This document shows positions 1-8,500 of a DNA stretch of 64,000 bases, in pieces. Positions within the stretch are counted from its first letter, which is position 1. Each line of letters begins with the position of its first letter. The notes beneath the pieces were generated by a model. That model saw only the letters and a program-made list of their open reading frames with translations, did not search any database and was not told the origin of the DNA. The stretch comes from Candidatus Heimdallarchaeum endolithica (GTDB taxonomy: Archaea > Asgardarchaeota > Heimdallarchaeia > Heimdallarchaeales > Heimdallarchaeaceae). The stretch spans positions 3,040,001 to 3,104,000 of the forward strand of contig CP084167.1 in the NCBI GenBank assembly GCA_021513715.1, written 5' to 3'. The translations under genes and the position numbers were made by a program.

Positions 1-588
1 TTTGGGAGTAAACATTCCTACAATAATAAGAAACATTTTTTTGAGAAAATTTAAAGGTTTAATGGAATCAAATATCTCTCTCAATGACCTTGAAGTATCT
101 CCAGTGAAAACTCTAAATGCACATGCTTTATCATATTTACAATTTATACAATTTTTCCTGAACTTTTCTCCTTCTTCTAGTAGTCCATTTTCAACAATAA
201 AGTTTTGGAACACATTAAAAACAGAAATATCTCCATTGAAGAAATCAACTTGTTCTCCGAAATTGTCATCAAAGAGCTCTGCCATTAGCCTTAATCTATT
301 TGTATACTCGTCTATATTTACTGGAGGTTTCAAGGCAAATATTGCATTAATTCTTTCAGTTTGATAACTAAGAACAATTGACTTTTCCATTTCAAATAAA
401 TGAAATTCATATGATTGAGTTCTATCATAGATGATTTTTGCACTAAATAAAGCAGATTTTAACAAGGATTCATCATCCATAGTTGCATCTTTCGACAAAT
501 CAATACAGTGGACCCCAATATGACACATTAAAGATCTTGCAAATAGAGGTATTCCTGCTTGATTTGAAATGATTAAATTTTGTATCAT
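1..588 (-). CDS. Longin/roadblock-like domain protein with CxxC-x5-C motif (3' end runs off the window)
   Basis: Not in the ORF track. Manual translation from ATG at 588 is open to position 1: MIQNLIISNQAGIPLFARSL...ESLLKSALFSAK...FNGDISVF...NCINCKYDKAC. The N-terminal strand-G-I-P-L-F pattern and GDISVF resemble longin-fold proteins. Confidence 0.7.
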   Translation of the reverse strand, partial: MIQNLIISNQAGIPLFARSLMCHIGVHCIDLSKDATMDDESLLKSALFSAKIIYDRTQSYEFHLFEMEKSIVLSYQTERINAIFALKPPVNIDEYTNRLRLMAELFDDNFGEQVDFFNGDISVFNVFQNFIVENGLLEEGEKFRKNCINCKYDKACAFRVFTGDTSRSLREIFDSIKPLNFLKKMFLIIVGMFTPK

Positions 589-709
589 ACTTATTGTAAC
601 TAGAAATGACCATTTAAATAACTTTTCGTGATTTTTTGGTTTCTTTGTTTGTTGTCCTTTAGATATTGAAAAAATATTAATAATAAATTATAAAAATATA
701 TATAAAAAT

Positions 710-1189
710 TTAGACTCCACTACTAGAAAAAATGATTCTTTTATTTACTCCGTCAAATAGGTAGGTTACTGTTGGATTTTTTAATGAACTAACTATCTCT
801 CCAGAAAAAGTCACATCTGTATTTTCAAGGTACAAAGTTACAGTTGCAGAAACATCTTCATTTTCTACTAAATATGCGTAAAGAAGATATTCTGTTGCAC
901 TTTCTGGTAATAAATAAGTTATAACATATTCTTCTTCTTGGACATCGTTGGGTAGAGACAAAGACAGTTGTATCTTGAAATCTGTTGCTCCTTGCTGAAT
1001 TTTTTTGTCCCCCATCTGTTTTAGATCCAAAATTGAGTTAGCTACTTTTTGTAATATTTGCTCTAGACTTGTTTCTATTGCCCTATTTTCTAAAGAATTG
1101 TTTAAACTAACCATTGTTGCTGATATTCCAGCAATAGCTAACGAACCAATCATAATAATAGATAAATACATAACATATTCGCTTGGCAA
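710..1189 (-). CDS. Pilin-like small membrane-anchored protein
   Basis: TTG start, single N-terminal hydrophobic helix (SEYVMYLSIIMIGSLAIAGI), directly downstream of a class III signal peptide gene. Confidence 0.55.
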   Translation of the reverse strand: MPSEYVMYLSIIMIGSLAIAGISATMVSLNNSLENRAIETSLEQILQKVANSILDLKQMGDKKIQQGATDFKIQLSLSLPNDVQEEEYVITYLLPESATEYLLYAYLVENEDVSATVTLYLENTDVTFSGEIVSSLKNPTVTYLFDGVNKRIIFSSSGV

Positions 1190-1198
1190 ACTTTCTTT

Positions 1199-2056
1199 TC
1201 ACCCTACAATATTAATATTGATGTTTATCTTAATAATATTAACGTAAAGATAATGAAAACTGTAATTTGTGTTTACTGGAACATATACTGCCTGTTCTTC
1301 TTCCAAAGAGTGATGTTCTCCATAAATATTAGCTTTACCTATTAAATCAGAATTGAAAGCGATAGGTTCTAAAGATATCTTCTCTGTTCCACTAAACTCA
1401 ATTTCTAAAGGAATAGATTTTGTTGTGTTTTCGACTCCAAAATCGCTGTTGGTATTAATTGATACATGGATAATATCAATGGTAAATATTTCTTCTGTTC
1501 CTACAACTCTATAATCAATATCAATGCAATATCTATAGTACAAGGACATATATAGATAAGCAGGATCAAATATTGTCCTGGTCTCATTTATTACTGTAAT
1601 ATCATTGTATAGTTTAGTACTGCCATTAATGAATAAGTAATCTTGATCTTCAGGACCTTTAAGGTATCTGTGCTCTCCTTCTTCAAAGTCTTCAACATTT
1701 GTGCTCTTATGAACCAGTCTAGTCAAGTTTTCTGCAATAATTGACTTGCTAAAAGAACTTGCTGTATCATATAAAGTAAAATAAACTACTTTACTATTAT
1801 CGAAATACAATGAACCATCTTCTTGGTAATAATCAAATGAAATAGCTTGAGGAGGTGGGTTAACAAGCAAGTTCTGGATGTTTGAGTCTAGAGCACTAAA
1901 ATATAAACGAACAGAATTGTTATAGCTATTATCTTTAAATTGTATAATGCTAGGAAACATATAAACTAAAGATACTCCTATAGCTGCTAAAATAAGCGTA
2001 AACATAAGTATTGTTGCTACTATTGGAGATACTCCCTTCTTTTTACTCAGTTTCAT
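1199..2056 (-). CDS. Archaeal type IV pilin/archaellin N-terminal domain protein
   Basis: Class III signal peptide KKKG|VSPIVATILMFTLILAAIG. Confidence 0.8.
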   Translation of the reverse strand: MKLSKKKGVSPIVATILMFTLILAAIGVSLVYMFPSIIQFKDNSYNNSVRLYFSALDSNIQNLLVNPPPQAISFDYYQEDGSLYFDNSKVVYFTLYDTASSFSKSIIAENLTRLVHKSTNVEDFEEGEHRYLKGPEDQDYLFINGSTKLYNDITVINETRTIFDPAYLYMSLYYRYCIDIDYRVVGTEEIFTIDIIHVSINTNSDFGVENTTKSIPLEIEFSGTEKISLEPIAFNSDLIGKANIYGEHHSLEEEQAVYVPVNTNYSFHYLYVNIIKINININIVG

Positions 2057-2360
2057 TCTCTTGTTTTATTTTGACTATAACAAATATAACCTTATTGGTT
2101 TTCTTTTACTCATTAAATATTGTCGATAGTAATTCGAAATTATAGATTTAATTATTAATCTCTATTATTTACTAACAATTATTGATCTTTTTTCAACTCT
2201 CTTTTTCTTTCATTATTCTACCCATTTTTCATTGCATTACTTTTCAAAATAATTTTACTTTTTAATTCCTTTTTATTCTATCTAGTAAGTCGTATATAGT
2301 TTGTGTAATGACATTTTGTCGGGTGTTTAAAGGCTTGAAACACTTAATCACGAAATAATA

Positions 2361-2382
2361 TTTTTACAATATATTGTAAAAA
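2361..2382. promoter_or_regulatory. Perfect 22-bp palindrome upstream of nrdJ, NrdR-box-like core
   Basis: TTTTTACAATATATTGTAAAAA. The core ACAATATATTGT resembles the NrdR box consensus acaCwAtATaTwGtgt. Confidence 0.45.
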
Positions 2383-2518
2383 AAAAACAAGTGAAAAAAA
2401 AAGTTGGGTGCTTATAAAGAGAAAAAAAGTTTGGAATAGTAGAGTAAGCTTTAAGAAAAATTTTCTAGTTTAAGTACTAAAGTCTTTAAAATTTATTAGA
2501 AGAAAATAGGGGATAATA

Positions 2519-5500
2519 TTGGCAGATCTAGAACTATCAGAAAATGCATTAACTGTACTACAAAAAAGGTATTTGCTAAAAAACGAGAAAAATGAGGTAA
2601 TTGAAACTCCAGAACAGATGTTTGAAAGAGTAGCAAAAAGTATAGCTTCAAATGATGAAGAAAAAAAGGAATTTTATGAACTCATGACTTCATTAAGATT
2701 CCTGCCTAATAGTCCTACTCTTATGAATGCCGGAACAAAATTAGGTCAACTATCTGCTTGTTTCACTGGAGAACAGGTAATAATCACAGCTGAAGGAAAT
2801 AAGCAAATAAGAGATATTCAGATTGGAGATTTGGTTCTGACAGCTGAAGGTAATTTTAGAAAGGTTACCCAAACTATGCAGAGAAAAGTTGACAAAAGAT
2901 ATATTATTGATGTTTTGAAACTACCTAACTCTACTCTTTCTGTAACAGAAGATCATCCTATTCTTACCTATAAAGATGGAAAAATTAAGTGGAGTTTGGT
3001 AAAGGAATTAAGTAAAAACGATTTTGTAGCTTTATCATACCCAAAGGAAGTTGAAGATATTTCTTCAATTAATGTTATAGATTACTTATCTGATAAGCAT
3101 TATAAAGTAAAAGATGGTGTAGTAGTAAATAAAAATATAGAAGTTGAAACAGAATCTAGTGAAATAAGCGTTCATAAAGTCCCAATCAAAAATAAGATAG
3201 AAGTAGATGAAGATTTTCTTAGATTTTTGGGTTATTATGCTAGTGTGGGAGAATCAGATAAAAAAATAGTAAGATTCAGTTTTTCAGATAAGGAGATGGC
3301 TTATGCTGAAGAACTAATAACTATTGCAAAAAGAAAATTTGGATTAGATACAAGAGTAGAAATCTTGAATGAAAATATAGTAAAAGTTCAGTTTTGTTCT
3401 TCTATAATTAGTGAATTTATTAAGAAAATTATAGGAGATGTAAATAATAAAAGAGTCCCCATATGGATATTAAAATTACCCCCAGAAAAACAAGAAAACT
3501 TTGTTTTAGGGTGTTTTAGAGATGATAATTCTCTATTTTCTAATGGTTATATGCTTAATGCTCGATTATCTGCATGTAATGATAATTTAGTATATTCTAT
3601 ATGGATTATGTTAATGAGAATGGGAATAGTTCCCAATCTCGATAAATCATCTATTCCTAAAAGTGAAACCACCTATTCCTACTCTCCCTATATTAGTGAA
3701 ACAAAAGAGAGCAATTCCTTTGTAGAAATTCATGGAAAAGAAAGTAAAGGATCTTCACAACTATCTTTACAAAAATTAAAACATATAGTTGTTAATGATA
3801 CAGTTTTTCTCCCTATACAAAATATTGAATGTATCGAAGAACCTGTGACTGTATTTAATTTAGAAGTAGAGGAGGAACATACATATGTTGCAAATTTTGT
3901 TTCAGTTCACAATTGTTTTGTACTGCCAATAGATGATTCTCTTCCCTCCATTTTTGACGCAGTAAAAAAAGCAGCATTAATACACCAAAGTGGAGGAGGA
4001 TGCGTTGCTGAAGGAACAGTAATACCTACAGAAGAATTCGGTTTTATACCTATTGAGCAGATTTCTGGATTCGAAAAAATACCAGCTGATGAACAAGGAC
4101 ATGATTGTGAACCTTTTACTGTTTTTTCGTTTGATGAGGATTCAGAATCTTTCAAAAAAGGAAAAGTAACAAAACTTTGGAAATTTAAGAAAAGTAAGTA
4201 TTTACAAGTTAAATTCGGAAAAGAAGGAGTAATAGAAGTTACACACTGGCATCCTTTCATAGTTTATGTGCCTTCTGAAGAGCAAAAAAAAGAAGGAAAT
4301 TATACTGAAAAACGAGCAGATGAATTGAAAGTCGGAGATCTGTTGGTTAGTCCATCTACCCATAGGATAACTGAAACGTCTGGTATTTCAGATGCACACA
4401 AAGTTAGAGTAGAAGAAATAAAAGAGATAGAAGAAGAAAAAATATTCTATGACTTTACAGTAGAGAAATATAATAATTATCTAGCGGGGAATAAACAATT
4501 TACAGTGATTCATAACACTGGGTTTAGTTTTAGTAACATTAGACCAAAAAATGATGTAGTCAAAACTACTGGTGGGGTAGCTTGTTTTCCTGAAGATGTA
4601 AGGATTTATACTAACAAGGGATTATTAACAATCAAAGAAATAATCCAATCTGATCAACCAATTAAAGCTTTGACTCATGATGGATTCCACGAAATAATAA
4701 ATAAATACGATAACGGAGAAGCTGAAGTTTACAGACTTATTACATCTAATGGATATTCAGTTAAGGCAACCTCTACTCATAAATTTTTAACAATAGAAAA
4801 TAATGAGTTGGTACTAAAACCTCTTAATAAACTTCAAGAAGGAGATTATGTTCTTCTTTTTTCTACTTTTGAATCTGTTGATGAAAAAGAACCATTTAAG
4901 CTATCTCCTATTACTGACGATGGACAAACTTTTGATGAAATTTATCTTGATGAAGATCTTGCATATTTCATAGGATTAACTTATGCAGATGGACATATTA
5001 TTGATGATGGAAGACATTATAGCGTAAGAATCACTTTAAACAAGAACCAAATACGTATAATCGAAAAAATAAAGAAAATAGTTAAAACTAAGTTTGACTA
5101 TGATTTGAAAGTCTATGAGCGTAAAAATGTAAATAAAGTTGAACTTGTTCTACATGGAAAAAGATTTGTAAAATTGTTAAAAGAAAATAATTTACTTAAA
5201 GAAAAATGTGAAAATATTCGTATTCCAGAATTATTATTTCAAAGCCCAAGAAATGTCCTAAACTCATTTATTGCAGGATACTTCGATGGTGATGGTCATG
5301 TAAGTAAAAGCGGGCGAATTAGCATTAAAACAATATCCAAACAAATGAGTGAAGATTTTTCATTATTGATAACGCGGTTAGGTGTACTATCTACAACTCA
5401 TATTAGTCCCCCTATTTATGGAATAAGAAGAAATAAAAAAAGTTACAGAGTTTCAATCCCAACAGCTCTCTTCAAGAAAAGATTTGTAGAACAGCTTTCG

Positions 5501-8500
5501 AAATACTCAATAAAACTAGAAAATTATACACTGAAAGAAGGATCTACAAATAAACTTTTTTCTTATCCGTTTAACATCTTAACTCATATTGGGAATCCTT
5601 CCACGAGGGCAGATATATCTAGAACAATAATACCTTATAATAGGAAGAATACTTATCGTAAAGCTATTCTACGTATTCTTAAAAATTCTGATAAATATGG
5701 ACTTACACCAGATGAAATTGCTTTCTTAAAGAAACTAGAAAATCTTTACCCTATAAAGATAAAATCTATTAAAAAAGAAGGAATTGAACATGTTTATAAT
5801 CTCGAAGTTAAGAATGTCCATCGACTTGTTGCTAATGGATTTTATGTTTCAAATTCAGGCCCCATAAGTTTTATGGAAGTTTTTAATGCTGCAACAAATA
5901 CTATCAAACAAGGGGGATGTATTGCTGCTGAGAGTTTAGTAAGAACTACAAATGGTGTTCTTCCTGCTGGTGATTTACTTAATTGTCCTCCCCTTGGCGA
6001 AAACAACACTCAAGAATTAATCTATGATGGAGAGTCGTATAATAATGCTTTTCTGTCTCTGGATAATGGTTTTGCGGATGTATTAATTCTTGAAACTGAT
6101 CTGGGTTTAACTTTAAAAGCTACATATAATCATTTAATTGCTACAGTATATGAAAACGGGAATATTGTATGGACTGAGGTTGAGAAGATTAAGAAGGGCG
6201 ATTGGGTTGTAGTTGTATTAGGGGGTCACATTGGACAAAAAATCTTCCTCCCAAAAATAGAAAATCAACATCATAATGCTAATCCCATTAAAATCCCTGA
6301 ACAATTTAATGCTGAGCTTGGCGAAATCTTAGGTTTGTATATGGCTGATGGCTTTATTAGTACTGATGGTAAAATCATCTTTAGCGTTGACAATAAGGAT
6401 TCAGATCTCATTAAAAGAATCGAGTATTTAATGAAAAAAGTATTTAATTTAAAACTTGGAAGAATAGAAGATAAACAAACTTACTCGGATGTTATTTTCT
6501 ATTCTCGTGATCTATGCGACTATTTCAGTAAAATGAATTGGAAAAAAGAGTCATCATCAAAAGCTTTTGTCCCTAAAGAGATTTTTATTTCTGAACCAGA
6601 AATAGCAAAAGCATTTGTCAGAGGATTGTTTGAAGGCGATGGAAATGTTCATTCTGATGGATATCCAAGACTTTATTCTACATCTAAAGCATTAATTGAA
6701 CAAACTCAACAACTTCTTTTAGGACTTAACATTGTTTCTTCTGTAATAAAGGGAGAAGATAGAAGCAAGAGTTTAGGTGATTTATCTATCTATCAATTAT
6801 TAATAATTCTTGAAAGAAGTGTTATAAAATTCAAAGAAGAAATTGGTTTTATATCAAACAGAAAAAAACAGTTGCTGGAATCTAGGTTTACATGTAGAAA
6901 TTCCAAACAAATTAAGAATTCCAAGCATTTCCAACAGATGTCTGATCCAAAATACTATTTTACAAAGGTTATAGATATTAAAGAAAATCGAACTTATACA
7001 ATGGATTTTGAGGTGCCAGAATCCAGCAAATTCGTAGCAAATGGTTTCTTGGTACATAATCGTCGTCGGGGCGCTAACATGGGTATCCTTCGTGTTGACC
7101 ATCCTGATATCATGTCTTGGATTACTTGTAAAGAAGACCAGACCAAATTTACTAACTTTAACATTTCTGTTGCAGCCACTTCTGCGTTCATGCAAGCAGT
7201 AGAAGAAAATAGAGATTATGACTTGATTAACCCTCGTACAAAGAAAGTAGTAGGCAAACTTAATGCTACAGAAGTCTTTAACAAAATTGTGGAGATGGCT
7301 TGGAAGAATGGTGAACCTGGAATAGTTTTTATTGACCGCATGAATGAATTCAATCCTACTCCTGAAGTTGGAGATATAGAAAGTACTAACCCTTGTGTGG
7401 TAGGTGATTCATTAATATCTACAGAATTTGGATTAATGAAAATGCGTGATTTAGTCTCCAAGTTTCCTGAAGGTTCTGTAAAAATAGTTACAGATAACCG
7501 TGTTCCTCAACAAATATTAGCATCTGGAAACCAAGTGCAGTTGTTGGATACTAAAACTCAAGGAGTATCATTGAATACTATCACACATGCTTTCTCTACT
7601 GGGATAAAAGATGTATACAAACTAACTACAGTATCAGGTTATGAGTTGAAAGCTACTGGAGATCATAAAGTACTAACCAATGAAGGTTGGGTACAAGTAA
7701 AAGACTTAGATTGTAAAAAATATAGAATAAAGATACAATCTGGAGAAGGAGTTTTTAATAGTGTAAAAGAGTTACCCTTCAAAGTCGAAAATGAAATAAC
7801 TGGTGCGAACGGAAGAAAATATAGTTTTAATTTACCAAAAACATGGTCAAAAGAGTTAGGTCATGTACTTGGTTGGTTGGTAGGAGATGGTTGGATAAGG
7901 ACTGGAGATAAGAATAGAAGAGTAGGATTTACTTTTTCAAAGAAAGATGAAGAAGTGTTAAGGTATCTCAAGGATGTATTAAACAGATGGTATAACAAAC
8001 AAATAAATGAAATAAAAAGAGAAACAAATGTTTATCATTTAAGTTACCATTCAAAATATTTTGTTGATTTCTTCTTAAAATTAGGCGTTAAACCAGTAAA
8101 ATCAGCAAAAAAGGTTGTACCAGAGTCAATGTTTCTAGCTACTAAAGACGCTGTAATTGCTTTCCTACAAGCACTTTTCTCTGCAGATGGAACAATACGT
8201 TGCTCAAAGAAATCTTCAAGCGAATGGATAGCCCTTTCATCAAAAAGTAAAGAATTGTTAAAAGGAGTACAACTGTTATTGTTAAACTTGGGTATCAAAT
8301 CACGAATATTTGATCGAACAAGAAAAAGAAGAGAAAAAACATTCAAGTACATCGATAAAAATGGTTCTCTAAAATATTACAATAGTGATGGAATACTCTA
8401 TGAACTAGGAATATTTGGAAAAAATATTGACATATTCAAAGAAAAAATAAATTTCTTACAGGAGGAGAAAAAAGAAAAATTAGCGAAACTTAAGCCAAGA

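Noticed and set aside
2-364. Plus-strand 120-aa ORF and the many short ORFs antisense to or nested in long genes
   Set aside because: Shadows of well-supported genes on the opposite strand or another frame, with no motifs of their own.
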